This document shows positions 1-10,609 of a stretch of 64,000 nucleotides of DNA, piece after piece. Both the position numbers and the translations under genes were made by a program. Location: contig CAVOYH010000002.1 in NCBI GenBank assembly GCA_963700635.1, forward strand, positions 174,413 to 238,412. The letters run 5' to 3'. The stretch is from an uncultured Bacteroidota bacterium. Its GTDB lineage: Bacteria; Bacteroidota; Ignavibacteria; UBA10030; UBA6906. Position 1 is the stretch's first letter. Every line of letters starts with the position of its first letter. Below the pieces are notes generated by a model. It did no database searches. It was not told the DNA's origin and saw only the letters and a program-made list of their open reading frames with translations.

Positions 1-855
1 GATTCCACCAGCGCTGACCATATGGAAAAGGCGGTGAAGCGGCTGCGGAAGGACGTCTCTACCCATGAGACGGATGAATCATCCTATCTGATCACTGTCC
101 GGGCGGGTACACGCGAGCGGGCTGCTGCGATGACGAATACCATCGTTCAGAAGATGAATGAAAGAATTGTCGAGCTGAATATCAGCCGTTCAAAACAGAA
201 CCGGGAGTTTCTGGGTGGGCGTGTCGATGAAGTGCGCCGGGCCCTCCGCCTTGCTGAAGATTCCCTGCGGGCGTATCAGGAGCGGACCGGATTGCTCGAC
301 ACAAAAGTGCAGATACAGGGGATCATCGAGGCTCACACCACGCTGGAGTCCGAGCTGGCAGCCCGGAGGATTCAGAAGGGGATCCTGGCACAGATGTATG
401 ACAACGAGTCGCCCCAGGTCCGGGAAGCGCAAATGCAGATCTCTGCATACGAGAACAAGCTGAAAACGATGCGGTCCACGACCGATCCCGGAAGTCCCCT
501 CCTTGCGCTTCAGACCCTTCCAAAGACCGCGGTGGAACTCCTGCGCCGGTACCGGGAAGTGGAAATCAACAGTCTGCTGCTCGAGTATATCATGCCTCTC
601 CATGAGCAGGCCAAAATTGAGGAAAAGAAGGACTATCCGGTATTGCAGATCATCGACCATGCAATCCCTCCGGCAAAAAAGAGTTATCCTCCCAGGATCC
701 TCTTCGCGCTGGTCGGGGCATTCTCGGTCACCCTTCTGGTCGTTATCGTACTGCGTGTGCGGTTGTCGGTGTTGCACACAGCCGACCCGAGAGTGGTGAC
801 TCTGCTCGAGGAGTTCAAGAGCTGGTCATGGAGTTCCTGGAAACTCAAGCCATGA
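1..855 (+). CDS. Wzz/GumC-like polysaccharide chain-length determinant, 5' truncated by the window edge
   Basis: Frame is open from base 1. Coiled-coil region, then IIDHAIPPAKKSYPPR Pro-rich motif and a C-terminal TM helix typical of polysaccharide co-polymerases. Confidence 0.85.
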   Translation, partial: DSTSADHMEKAVKRLRKDVSTHETDESSYLITVRAGTRERAAAMTNTIVQKMNERIVELNISRSKQNREFLGGRVDEVRRALRLAEDSLRAYQERTGLLDTKVQIQGIIEAHTTLESELAARRIQKGILAQMYDNESPQVREAQMQISAYENKLKTMRSTTDPGSPLLALQTLPKTAVELLRRYREVEINSLLLEYIMPLHEQAKIEEKKDYPVLQIIDHAIPPAKKSYPPRILFALVGAFSVTLLVVIVLRVRLSVLHTADPRVVTLLEEFKSWSWSSWKLKP

Positions 856-2291
856 ATGGAGTCGCGGGAACGGCGGGCGCAGAATCCAATCAGGAATGGC
901 GTTTCATGCTTTGGAGCGGCGCCGTTTTTACAGCGCTTTTTGTTGCACTCGTAACCTTCGGCGGCGGAAGAATTGAATCCGTTCTTGCCCTTCCTGTGCT
1001 GGCGCTGATCCTGACGCTCATGCGTAGTGTTGCACTGGCACTCGCTGCGCTTGTCGTTGTCCTCTTTGTCATCTTTCCCCTCTCGTTATACAGCAGCGCA
1101 GTCTGGTTTTCGACGTTTGTTGCGCTGTCGTTTCTGATAAACTACCGGGACTTTGAGTGGCAGGAACTCTCCAGCCCGCTGACGATCCCTCTTCTTGCGT
1201 ACGGTCTCGCCGTGTTGCCCTCACTTGTGAACGCGGTCGATCCGTGGCGGTCCATAGCCCTTCTGTTTAATGTCTGTGCTTTTCTGATCGCCATGTACGT
1301 CACCTTTTTGACTGTCCGATCAATGACTGCTATCCGGCGGCTTGTCTGGGTGTATCTGGGGATGGTGCTGCTGAATGGGATTGTTCTGATCCTGATCGCG
1401 ATCACAAGCGAACGGCGGCAGTACGGCTTTGCAGGGATCATGTATGTGGATTACGCCGGTCTCGGGATCAGCATTCTGGCGGCAATTACATTGCTTACGT
1501 CCGGAGCGCGCCGGATGGTAACGCTGGGTGTAACGTTTCTTGTTGGTATCGCCCTTGTGTTGACCCAGACACGGAACGCCTGGCTCACAACTGCTGTCAC
1601 CCTTTTGTTTGTGGTGGGATATCTGATCCGTTACCCTTTCCTCGCAGGTGTCCCTCGGCGGCGGCTTGTCCGGTATGCGCTTGTGGGAGGAATTCTGCTG
1701 CTCGTCATCGCCGGCGGCGCGTTGATGGTAAATCCTGCCATTGAACAACGTGCCTCGGACATAATGGACACGGAATCAGTGGAAGCGGGGGAATCACTCA
1801 TTATCCGCAACTCTCTCATCACACGCCTGATGATATGGGATACCGCGCTGAACGCGTTTGTTGCCCACCCGTGGATCGGCGTGGGTGTGTATGGTTTTGC
1901 GCCTGCCTCCCAACAGTATTCCCGTCTTCCCGCCGTCTTCTATGACATCTATGTGCGGAACATGTCACCCCACGTGACATTCCTGGCGGTACTCTCAGAA
2001 ACGGGCGTCATCGGGCTTGCAGGCTTCTTCGTCTTCCTGGGGGCTATCCTGCGGCTGGCATCCAGGGCCGTGCATGATATTCTCGAGCTTCGGGGCAAAC
2101 GGTATGCGTTCGTAGGCCTGGTGGCGATGACGTATTGTACCGTATCGATGTTTGTTACCGATGCGTGGATGTGGGGACAGGGTATTGTCCTGTGGGGATT
2201 GATTGTTGGGCTCATCCTGGCGAATCGGAGGATCCAAAGTCCGGCAAAGAGTCTTCACAGCGAAACGACAGCACGGGGAGTTGAAGGGTGA
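852..2291 (+). CDS. O-antigen ligase/polymerase family membrane protein
   Basis: Many TM helices; LTQTRNAW, RLMIW..AL..F..HPWIGVG and late His (SPH) motifs of the Wzy_C family. ATG at 852 overlaps the upstream stop (ATGA). Confidence 0.85.
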   Translation: MNGVAGTAGAESNQEWRFMLWSGAVFTALFVALVTFGGGRIESVLALPVLALILTLMRSVALALAALVVVLFVIFPLSLYSSAVWFSTFVALSFLINYRDFEWQELSSPLTIPLLAYGLAVLPSLVNAVDPWRSIALLFNVCAFLIAMYVTFLTVRSMTAIRRLVWVYLGMVLLNGIVLILIAITSERRQYGFAGIMYVDYAGLGISILAAITLLTSGARRMVTLGVTFLVGIALVLTQTRNAWLTTAVTLLFVVGYLIRYPFLAGVPRRRLVRYALVGGILLLVIAGGALMVNPAIEQRASDIMDTESVEAGESLIIRNSLITRLMIWDTALNAFVAHPWIGVGVYGFAPASQQYSRLPAVFYDIYVRNMSPHVTFLAVLSETGVIGLAGFFVFLGAILRLASRAVHDILELRGKRYAFVGLVAMTYCTVSMFVTDAWMWGQGIVLWGLIVGLILANRRIQSPAKSLHSETTARGVEG

Positions 2292-3844
2292 GGTCCGAGC
2301 TTGCCAAGGGATCACTCTCCGGTGCGCTCCAGGTCGTGGTGACCACTGCGCTGGTGCTGATTGCCGTGCCGCTCTTTGTCCGGAATCTGGGGCCTGAGGC
2401 ATTCGGCCTCTTCTCCCTTATCGCGCTTGTTGGAAACGTCAACACCTTTGCGAATCTTGGCCTTAATTCCGCCCTTGTCCGGTTTGTGGCAGAACAGGGG
2501 AAAAGCAGGGAATCCGATCACGACATCGTGGTGACCCTTGTCATCCTGGTGAGCGTGATCCTCCCGCTGACGGCTGGCGGTTTTCTCTTCGAACGTACCA
2601 TGCTGTCCGGCGTCCTGAACGTTCCGCCGGACTTTTATGACGACGCTGTGTGGCTTTACCGCGCGATGTTGATCAGCAATATCCTTGTTCTTCTCGGGGG
2701 GACCTTCACGGCAGTTCTGGATGCACAAGCGAAAGTGTATCTGACAAACCTCTTTCAGATGCTGTACACCGTGGTCTATTGGGGATTGATCCTGGGTGTG
2801 CTCATTGCGGGACTCCCCCTGAAGATGATAGGGGTGACCACCGTGATCGCAACAACAACCTGGTTCGCGGCAGCGGGAACGGGCATGCTCCGCACGTGGG
2901 GGGTGCCGTCAGTAACCGGATTAAGAATGTCGTGGATGACGAGAGTGCGAAAACAACTGTCGTACGGCATGCAGTTGTTCTCTGCGGGAATGATCGGTTT
3001 TTTTTATGAGCCGCTGACAAAGCTCCTCCTGGCGCATTTCCTCGGTGTCCGCGAGGTGGGCGTGTTCGACATCGGCATGCGGGCTCGCAACATCGTAAAC
3101 AGTTTGATGTTGAAGTTGCTCTACCCGCTGTATCCGCTGTTTGCGCGGCTTGACGACCAGAAGCAGATCCGCTCTCTCGTGCATGACGTGGAACAGAAAT
3201 CGATGCTGCTGGTCGCACCCGTGCTGGGGATAGTGTTCCTTACGACAAGACCACTTGTCGACTTGTTCTTCGGCACCGATGTAGACGCGCTTGCCCTGAC
3301 CATAGCGTGGATGGTGTCAACGTACCTCCTGTGGGGTTTTACCGTTACTCCGGTCTATACGTTCCTGATGGCCAAGGGGTTTGCATCCAGAACCGTGATT
3401 TCACAAGCCCTTAACGTTTTTGCAAACGGCGTTGTCATCCTTGTGACCTTTGGCTGGCTTGGATACTCTTCAGTGCTCGCGGGCAATCTGGCCAGCACCC
3501 TGTCAACGTGGGTGCTGTTGCTCTTTCTTCAGTGGAGGTTCTTGCACAGTCTGATATTCGACACGTGGCGGCAACTGTTCGCCGTCCTGGTCGTGATCGG
3601 CATCGGCATCGGGTGTGCGTTCGCTGTGCCTTCGCTGCAGGCAGGCCTCTACGGCGTGATCGCTGGCCCGGTGCTCATCATATGTGCCACCATCCTGGTG
3701 TACCGTTTTCTGGGAGTTCTCAATGTGCAGGATGTGGCGCGCTACCTGGGAAGTGGAACAGCCGCATCGCGCGTGTGCGCGTGGCTGTTCTGCAGGGCAG
3801 GGAGTCCAACCGGGCCGGCAACGGAGCGAACCACGGTCTCATGA
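2288..3844 (+). CDS. Oligosaccharide flippase (Wzx/MOP family)
   Basis: Polytopic membrane protein with N-terminal R.LGPEAFGLF and LGL..ALVRF motifs; GTGA overlap with the upstream gene. Confidence 0.85.
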   Translation: MRSELAKGSLSGALQVVVTTALVLIAVPLFVRNLGPEAFGLFSLIALVGNVNTFANLGLNSALVRFVAEQGKSRESDHDIVVTLVILVSVILPLTAGGFLFERTMLSGVLNVPPDFYDDAVWLYRAMLISNILVLLGGTFTAVLDAQAKVYLTNLFQMLYTVVYWGLILGVLIAGLPLKMIGVTTVIATTTWFAAAGTGMLRTWGVPSVTGLRMSWMTRVRKQLSYGMQLFSAGMIGFFYEPLTKLLLAHFLGVREVGVFDIGMRARNIVNSLMLKLLYPLYPLFARLDDQKQIRSLVHDVEQKSMLLVAPVLGIVFLTTRPLVDLFFGTDVDALALTIAWMVSTYLLWGFTVTPVYTFLMAKGFASRTVISQALNVFANGVVILVTFGWLGYSSVLAGNLASTLSTWVLLLFLQWRFLHSLIFDTWRQLFAVLVVIGIGIGCAFAVPSLQAGLYGVIAGPVLIICATILVYRFLGVLNVQDVARYLGSGTAASRVCAWLFCRAGSPTGPATERTTVS

Positions 3845-4623
3845 AAATCTCTATCATTACGCCGTCGTATAATCAGGGAATCTTCATCGAGGAGACCATC
3901 CGTTCGGTACAAAACCAGGATCACCACGATCGTGAGCACATTATCGTCGATGGGGGTTCCACAGACGGCACCGTGGAAATTCTCCGGCGGTACCCGCACC
4001 TGCGGTGGGTCTCGGAAAAAGATCGGGGCCAGAGTGACGCCATCAACAAAGGGTTCCGGATGGCCGACGGCGACATCATTGCCTGGCTGAATTCGGATGA
4101 TTGGTATGAACCCAACGTCTTCGGTGATGTCGTGCGTTATTTCAGCGAACATCCTGATTGTATGATCCTGTACGGCGACATCACGTTTGCGGACAGGGAA
4201 GGGAAGCCGCTCTTTGCCATCAAGGGTGGGACCTTGAGCTATGAACACCTCGTGGCCAGTCCGGATAGCATGCGGCAGCCCAGTTTTTTCTGGCGGCGGA
4301 GCCTCATCCAGGACTATGGGGGAGTAGATGAGAGTCTCCATCTTGTTATGGATTTTGACTTGTTTCTGCGCATCGGGCGCGGGCGACGATTTTGTTATCT
4401 CCCCCGGAATATGAGTTACTATCGCTGCTATGATGAAAACAAGAGTCTGTCACTCGCACGGCAGCAGGTAAAGGAGATCTACAGGGTGTACCGCAAGCAT
4501 GGCATCCGCTTCACCCCGGGGATCGTTCGATTTCTTGTGGCAAAATACGCCTTGTCGTTCGGACTTGTGAAGCGGCTGCACGGGTTCTTACGCAGGGGAA
4601 GGGAGGGGAATTCCCGGTCATGA
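3841..4623 (+). CDS. Glycosyltransferase family 2
   Basis: MKISIITPSYNQG, VDGGSTDGT, WLNSDD. True start is the ATG at 3841 (ATGA overlap), not 3508. Confidence 0.92.
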   Translation: MKISIITPSYNQGIFIEETIRSVQNQDHHDREHIIVDGGSTDGTVEILRRYPHLRWVSEKDRGQSDAINKGFRMADGDIIAWLNSDDWYEPNVFGDVVRYFSEHPDCMILYGDITFADREGKPLFAIKGGTLSYEHLVASPDSMRQPSFFWRRSLIQDYGGVDESLHLVMDFDLFLRIGRGRRFCYLPRNMSYYRCYDENKSLSLARQQVKEIYRVYRKHGIRFTPGIVRFLVAKYALSFGLVKRLHGFLRRGREGNSRS

Positions 4624-5837
4624 TCCGGCGGATTCTCTTTGTCGACGAAGATCAGGAACGAAACGGCGCGACCGTGAGCCTTGAGTATCTGGTTCAGGGT
4701 TTCAAGGAATCGGGTTATGATCCGGTCGTGCTTACCTGGAAACAGGAAGAGTGGGCCAAGGCCCGGCTGCGGGAGTCGGCAAGCCTCATTGATGGACGGT
4801 GGGGTCCGGTGACATCCCTCACAATGTGTTTTCATTTTACGTATACTGCTTCGCCGCTCTCATGGGCGGGACTGCGCAATATCCTGAAAGACGTTGTTAA
4901 GTTTGTGGCGGGTTTTTTTGTTGTGCGGAGGGTGATCCGGCGCGTCAAGCCGGCGCTTGTGTATCTTAATGAATACTCTGTTGTGCAGGCCGCCCTTGCA
5001 GCCCGCTCCTGTGGCATCCCGGTGGCGATGCACATCCGGAGCCGTATGCTGGGGGGGATGTTCGGGGTCCGCCGTCGGTTTATGGCCAGGATGGTCCTCC
5101 GGTATTCTGATGTCGTGTTCCCCATAACACGACTGGAGGCGGACCAGCTGCAGGCGCGCCCCCATGAAGAACCCGGCATCCATGTGGTCGGTGAGTTCGT
5201 TCCGATGGGAAGGGAGCCCCAGGGTACAGGAGTCCGGGGCCGGAAAATGTTTGAGCTTCCGGAAGACCGGAAAGTCGTCGTCATGATGGGGGGGATTCAA
5301 AGCATTAAGGGAACCAGGGACTTCCTGCTCGCGGCGGTGACCGTTCTGTCACGGTATCCTGGCGCTGTATTCGCGATTGCGGGGGGAACGAGAATGGTTG
5401 TGGATCCGGTGAAACGCGCCTATTACGATTCGTGTATGAAACTGGTGGGATCCCTCCAGCAGTTTGATGGGATCCGTCTGCTGGGGGAAATCACCAATCC
5501 CCTGGACTTTGTTGCGATGTGTGACATTCTTGTTGCCCCGAACCTGGAAACACATTTTTCAAGGCCGGTTGTCGAGGCCTGGGGAATGGGAAAGCCCGTG
5601 GTCGTGTACCGCAGTCCGCATATGGACCAGCTTGTCAGCCACGAAACGGACGGGCTGCTTGTCGAATCAGGCTATGTTGAAGGGCTTGCCTCTTCGATGC
5701 TGCGTCTCCTGGAGAGCCCGGAACTCTGTCAGCAGCTTGGTGCGGCGGGAATGAAGAAGGCCAGATTGGAGTTCGACGCAAAAAAGAATCTCGACAGGAT
5801 CATCACACATTGTTCATCACTTATCGAGGCCTCGTGA
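4620..5837 (+). CDS. Glycosyltransferase family 4
   Basis: GT-B features: KGTRDFLLAA, ETHFSRPVVEAWGMGKPVV; ATGA overlap. Confidence 0.85.
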   Translation: MIRRILFVDEDQERNGATVSLEYLVQGFKESGYDPVVLTWKQEEWAKARLRESASLIDGRWGPVTSLTMCFHFTYTASPLSWAGLRNILKDVVKFVAGFFVVRRVIRRVKPALVYLNEYSVVQAALAARSCGIPVAMHIRSRMLGGMFGVRRRFMARMVLRYSDVVFPITRLEADQLQARPHEEPGIHVVGEFVPMGREPQGTGVRGRKMFELPEDRKVVVMMGGIQSIKGTRDFLLAAVTVLSRYPGAVFAIAGGTRMVVDPVKRAYYDSCMKLVGSLQQFDGIRLLGEITNPLDFVAMCDILVAPNLETHFSRPVVEAWGMGKPVVVYRSPHMDQLVSHETDGLLVESGYVEGLASSMLRLLESPELCQQLGAAGMKKARLEFDAKKNLDRIITHCSSLIEAS

Positions 5838-5967
5838 TCCGGGACCCGCGCTGCGTACATCTGCTGAGAGGTGCAGGTTCCCATGGATGGGGCCACGGTC
5901 GGATTGACCGGACCGGCGGTCGGCTTGAGGGGAACCGTGGTTGGCTAGATCGGTCCCGGAGCATGCG

Positions 5968-6918
5968 ATGAAAAGGGGAACGGTCGCAGTTGTCATTCTC
6001 AATTACCGGCGAAAAGACCACACGCTGGAGTGTCTTTCGTCTCTCTCTGCGTCGACGCAGGTTCCTTTGCGTCTTATTGTGGTGGACAATGATTCGGGGG
6101 ATGGATCCGCGGCGGTTATCCGATCGGCCCGCCCTGATATTGAGGTGCTGGAGACGAAAACAAATCTCGGGTATGCAGGCGGCATGAACACCGGTCTGCG
6201 GCAGGCACTTGCGTCGGACGCCGAGTATATCCTGGCTCTCAACAGCGACACACTCGCGGCTGTAGATTCGGTGTCTGTGCTGGTCGATGCGTTGGATTCC
6301 CACCAGGCGGCGGGTGCTGCGACCGGAACCTTCTTCTACTATCCGGAAGCCTTAAAGGTCTGGTACGCCGGAGGTTCCCTGGCGTACACGCGGGCTCACG
6401 CATTGACGACACGGGCGCTGACCCCTTCCTCGGCGGACGGATCGTCGCCTGTGCAAAAGGTCTCTTTCGTTACCGGCTGTGCGATCCTGTTCCGCGCTTC
6501 CGCACTCCGCCGGGTGGGATTGTTTGATGAACGATATTTCATGTACCTTGAGGATGTGGACCTGTCGCGGCGTTTTCTCTCAGAAGGTTTTGACCTGCTG
6601 TACGTTCCCCTGGCCACATGGTATCATCGTCTGATTGCCGATGAACAAACGCCGCTAAAGACATATTTTGTAACGAGGAACCGTCTGCTGTTTCTTGAGC
6701 GCGCTCCCGGCTTGTTCAGCCGGATTGCAGGAAGTGTGTACGTTCTGCTGGTGGTCACGATGAAGGTATTGTGGTGGAGTGTGACCGACCGGCAGCTGGC
6801 ACGCGCGATGTTGCTGGGTGTGCAGGACTATTTTTCAGGACGATTCCATGTGGGAAGGGGACTCACCCTGTCTGTTCAGGATACCGACACTCGGAGATGG
6901 AATGCGGATCGGCATTGA
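5968..6918 (+). CDS. Glycosyltransferase family 2 (rhamnosyltransferase-like)
   Basis: VVILNY, VVDNDS.DGS, NLGYAGGMN, LNSD, GLFDERYFMYLEDVD; ATG at 5968. Confidence 0.88.
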   Translation: MKRGTVAVVILNYRRKDHTLECLSSLSASTQVPLRLIVVDNDSGDGSAAVIRSARPDIEVLETKTNLGYAGGMNTGLRQALASDAEYILALNSDTLAAVDSVSVLVDALDSHQAAGAATGTFFYYPEALKVWYAGGSLAYTRAHALTTRALTPSSADGSSPVQKVSFVTGCAILFRASALRRVGLFDERYFMYLEDVDLSRRFLSEGFDLLYVPLATWYHRLIADEQTPLKTYFVTRNRLLFLERAPGLFSRIAGSVYVLLVVTMKVLWWSVTDRQLARAMLLGVQDYFSGRFHVGRGLTLSVQDTDTRRWNADRH

Positions 6919-8038
6919 TGCGCGCGCAACAATGATGGCGAACGACGGGATCGGGCGCTATGCCACAGAACTCCTCAAGGAATACGCCCGGAGGGACGAT
7001 GGGCATGAATTCTATGTCTTGAAGAACCAGCTGACCGGGATATCTTTCGCGTTTGACAGTCGATTTCACGAGATTGTGGTGCGGACTGACCGATTTGGCC
7101 TGAAGGAACAGATGGCCCTCCCCCGGATCCTCTCTCCGCTCCGGCTGGATCTGTTTCATTCACTTCACTCCGCTCTCCCTCTCGCCTACCGGGGGGTGAT
7201 GGTGATGACCGTACATGACATTATTCCGGTGATGAGTCCGTGGAGTTTTGGACGGAGCGGTCTCAGAAACTGGATGGCGTCGACGTATATGACAGGGCTG
7301 GTGAGATTGTGCGTACGCAGAGCCTCGCTCGTTGCAGTTTCGTCAGAGAACACACGCAGGGATATGATCCAGCATCTGGGCGCCAGACCTGAACGGCTGC
7401 GGCGGGTGTATCTGGGAATTAATCACGAAGAATTCGTACCGCCACCCGACGCGCAGCAGATCCCTTCCCGCCTGGGGCTCTCGCAGCCGTTCTTCCTGAC
7501 GGTGACAAATTTTAAACCACACAAGAATACCGGCATGTTGCTTGATGCATTCCGGCTCATGCGCAAACGGATCCCTGATGCGCAGCTCGCCGTCGTCGGC
7601 GCCGATGCCCGGAGTCTGGCAAAACATCTCGGCAATTTCGACATGCTTGCCGCCGAAGGAATCCACATTCTGGGTTATCAGGATGACGCAACCGTGACCG
7701 GGTTAATGTCAACGACCACCGCGTTCGTCCATCCCTCGCTCTATGAAGGGTTTGGTTTTCCGGTGGTGGAGGCGATGGCGTCAGGAGCGCCGGTGATCAC
7801 CTCGTCCGCGGCATCACTCCCCGAACTTGGAGGAGACAGCGTTCTGTACATCGACCCGAATGATCCTGCTGACATCGCGCGTGCGATGGAGAAGATCTGT
7901 ACTGATGCCGCCCTTCGGGATGACCTCAGGAAAAGGGGGAAAGTCCAGGCGGGCACGTTCCGGTGGAAGGATAATGCTGATGCCATGTTGCAGGTGTACC
8001 GCGATGCAATGTCCGGTTCAGGAGCCCGTACCGTATGA
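6902..8038 (+). CDS. Glycosyltransferase family 4 (mannosyltransferase-like)
   Basis: MRIGIDAR, GIGRY, TVHD, PHKN, PSLYEGFGFPVVEAMASG. Confidence 0.9.
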   Translation: MRIGIDARATMMANDGIGRYATELLKEYARRDDGHEFYVLKNQLTGISFAFDSRFHEIVVRTDRFGLKEQMALPRILSPLRLDLFHSLHSALPLAYRGVMVMTVHDIIPVMSPWSFGRSGLRNWMASTYMTGLVRLCVRRASLVAVSSENTRRDMIQHLGARPERLRRVYLGINHEEFVPPPDAQQIPSRLGLSQPFFLTVTNFKPHKNTGMLLDAFRLMRKRIPDAQLAVVGADARSLAKHLGNFDMLAAEGIHILGYQDDATVTGLMSTTTAFVHPSLYEGFGFPVVEAMASGAPVITSSAASLPELGGDSVLYIDPNDPADIARAMEKICTDAALRDDLRKRGKVQAGTFRWKDNADAMLQVYRDAMSGSGARTV

Positions 8039-9195
8039 AAATCGTTCAGACCAATAAGGCGTACGCGCCCCTGATCGGGGGGATGGAAACAATTGTCACC
8101 GCCCTGGCGGAGGGGTTAAGCAAAAAAGATGGGACCGAAGTTGAGGCGCTGGTGTGCAACGCAACCAGATCGTTCAGGAGTACGACGCGGGTGATCAATG
8201 ACGTGCGGGTCACGTATGTACCCCGTTGGGGCTCCATCACCTCGTTGCCTGTCAGTCCGTCCTTTCTGACGCACCTCGCCCGCGCCAGGGGGGACATTCT
8301 CCATGTTCACGAGCCCTTTCCGCTCGTAGATCTTTCTTTCGGCGTGTACCCGCGAATCCGCAGACATTTCAAACGCATTGTGGTGACATACCAGTCAGAT
8401 ATTATCAGGCAGAAATGGGCTCTCGCTTTTTATCGCCCGTTCATCCACCACTTTCTTTCGATGACGGATCGTATCCTGGTGAGCTCCCCGGCCCTTGTCG
8501 AGCATTCGGATATCCTTTCCCTCTACCGAGACCGCTGCGAAGTTGTCCCTCTCGGTCTGGACTTGAAGTGGACCGGGGATCGGGGGAAGCGGAGTGTGCG
8601 GGTGGAGGAGATTCGCATGTTACGCGGCACACCGCTTATCCTCTTTGTGGGCCGTCTTGTCTACTACAAGGGTCTCCAGTACCTGATCGACGCCATGGCG
8701 GAGCTTGCCGCGGCGAAACTTGTGATTGTCGGATCGGGTCCCCTGCAGGGAGCGCTGGAGCGTCAGATACAATCACACCAGCTGCGCGACCGGGTGACGA
8801 TACTTCCGCACATGGACTCTGAAGAGTTGTATTCCTATTATGAAGCATGTGACGTGTTTGTCCTCCCGTCAACCGAACGGAGTGAGGCCTACGGCCTTGT
8901 CCAGATCGAAGCAATGGCCAGCGGCAAGCCCGTTGTATCAACAGAGATCCAAACCGGGACGACATTCGTGAATCAGAACGGAAAGACCGGCTTCACCGTG
9001 CCCCCCCGGGATGCGGGGGCGCTGGCGCATGCAATTGAGAAGCTGCTCCGGGACAACGAGCTTCGCGCCCGCTTTGGCCGGCAGGCGGAGGAACGCGCGT
9101 TGCGGGAATTCACAACTGAAAGTATGGTTGACCGGACATACGACATCTACCGGCGGCTGCTCGATGTGCGCGCCGATACCCCTCTTTCGAGATGA
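8035..9195 (+). CDS. Glycosyltransferase family 4
   Basis: GGMET, FVGRLVYYKG, PSTERSEAYGLVQIEAMASGKPVV. Confidence 0.9.
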   Translation: MKIVQTNKAYAPLIGGMETIVTALAEGLSKKDGTEVEALVCNATRSFRSTTRVINDVRVTYVPRWGSITSLPVSPSFLTHLARARGDILHVHEPFPLVDLSFGVYPRIRRHFKRIVVTYQSDIIRQKWALAFYRPFIHHFLSMTDRILVSSPALVEHSDILSLYRDRCEVVPLGLDLKWTGDRGKRSVRVEEIRMLRGTPLILFVGRLVYYKGLQYLIDAMAELAAAKLVIVGSGPLQGALERQIQSHQLRDRVTILPHMDSEELYSYYEACDVFVLPSTERSEAYGLVQIEAMASGKPVVSTEIQTGTTFVNQNGKTGFTVPPRDAGALAHAIEKLLRDNELRARFGRQAEERALREFTTESMVDRTYDIYRRLLDVRADTPLSR

Positions 9196-9205
9196 CGAGC
9201 CCATA

Positions 9206-10609
9206 ATGTCCACACGCCACGAAGTGCCCATTCTGCTGTTGACGGACATCCTGACCGTCTGCCTTGCCTGGTTCGCGTACTATGGTATCCGGGTGCAGAG
9301 TGGGTTTCTCCTCGTTGGGGTCCAGCCCGACTTCTTCCTTCCCATGGCTGTCGTCAGCGTGTTCTGGATGCTCCTGTTTCTCCTCGTTGGCCTGTATCGT
9401 CCCTGGTATGCGGCCTCTCGGTTTGACGAACTTACGCTTATCTTCAAGACCACGCTGGTCGGTTGTTTGCTCCTTTTCTTTGTGATCTTTGTTGATGACG
9501 AAGGGACAACGGTCGGCACAAGCGCCCGTGTGCTCATGCTTCTCTACTGGGGAATTCTGCTGGTTTGTGTCGGGAGCGGCCGGTTGCTCCTGCGCAGCGC
9601 GCAGCGGCGTATGCTCATCGCAGGAATAGGAACGCATCTCACCGTGATCGTTGGAAGCACCGCCCGTTCACGTGAACTTTTTGATCAGGTCGCCCGCTAT
9701 CCTGCGCTGGGGTACCGGGTGGCGGGTTTTGTGCGTCTCGAGAAGCCGGAACGGCGGAAGGGCGGTGTATGGGATCGTGGCGTCAGAGTTCTGGGCGGAC
9801 TCGAAGACCTCACGGGGATCATCAAACGGGAGAACATCCGGGAGGTGCTCATCGCGCTCGATTCCAAAGACCACAACCGTTTGCTGGATATTATCTCAAA
9901 ATGTAACGGCAGTCCGGTCGGACTCAAAATCGTTCCCGACCTGTATGATATCATCAGCGGCCAGGCCCGCACCAATCAGATCTATGGGTTTCCCCTCATC
10001 AATATCTCTCCCCAGCTTATGCCGGCCTGGGAAGAATTTGCAAAACGGATGATGGATGTGATTGCAGCAACCGCGGTGTGCGTCGTCGGTCTGCCGCTCT
10101 GGGTTATCATTGGCGTGGCCATCAAAGTCGAGTCGGATGGCCCGATTATCTACAAGCAGGAACGGGTTGGCAAGGACGGTGTGCGCTTCCACATCCTGAA
10201 ATTCCGATCCATGCGTGACGATGCAGAAAAGGCCGGGCCACAGTGGGCACATCGACGCGACCCGCGTATTACGCGTGTGGGATATCTGCTCCGGAAACTC
10301 CATCTGGACGAGATCCCTCAACTCTGGAACGTCCTGCGCGGCCAGATGAGCCTGGTCGGCCCGCGTCCCGAACGACCGATGTTTGTCGAACAACTTTCGA
10401 CGGAAATACCGATGTACCCCCGCCGCCTGAAAGTGCGGCCGGGTATTACCGGATGGGCTCAGGTAAAACATAAATACGATGAGTCTATTGACGACGTGCG
10501 AAAGAAAGTCCAGTACGACCTCTTTTATATAGAGAATATGTCCTTACGCATGGATTTTAAGATCATCCTGAGCACGGCGTACCACGTGCTCCTCGGGAAA
10601 GGCCATTGA
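9206..10609 (+). CDS. Polyprenyl-phosphate sugar phosphotransferase (WcaJ/WbaP-like priming enzyme)
   Basis: N-terminal TMs, a CoA-binding-like domain, then KFRSM, DPRITRVG, LDEIPQ, GPRPE and KPG-like RPGITGWAQV. Start taken at ATG 9206. Confidence 0.92.
   Translation: MSTRHEVPILLLTDILTVCLAWFAYYGIRVQSGFLLVGVQPDFFLPMAVVSVFWMLLFLLVGLYRPWYAASRFDELTLIFKTTLVGCLLLFFVIFVDDEGTTVGTSARVLMLLYWGILLVCVGSGRLLLRSAQRRMLIAGIGTHLTVIVGSTARSRELFDQVARYPALGYRVAGFVRLEKPERRKGGVWDRGVRVLGGLEDLTGIIKRENIREVLIALDSKDHNRLLDIISKCNGSPVGLKIVPDLYDIISGQARTNQIYGFPLINISPQLMPAWEEFAKRMMDVIAATAVCVVGLPLWVIIGVAIKVESDGPIIYKQERVGKDGVRFHILKFRSMRDDAEKAGPQWAHRRDPRITRVGYLLRKLHLDEIPQLWNVLRGQMSLVGPRPERPMFVEQLSTEIPMYPRRLKVRPGITGWAQVKHKYDESIDDVRKKVQYDLFYIENMSLRMDFKIILSTAYHVLLGKGH

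Noticed and set aside
5860-5935. GCTGAGA motif suggesting a TPP riboswitch
   Set aside because: The downstream CCTGA...TAATAC/GCG.AGGGA core is absent and the gene context (glycosyltransferases) does not fit.
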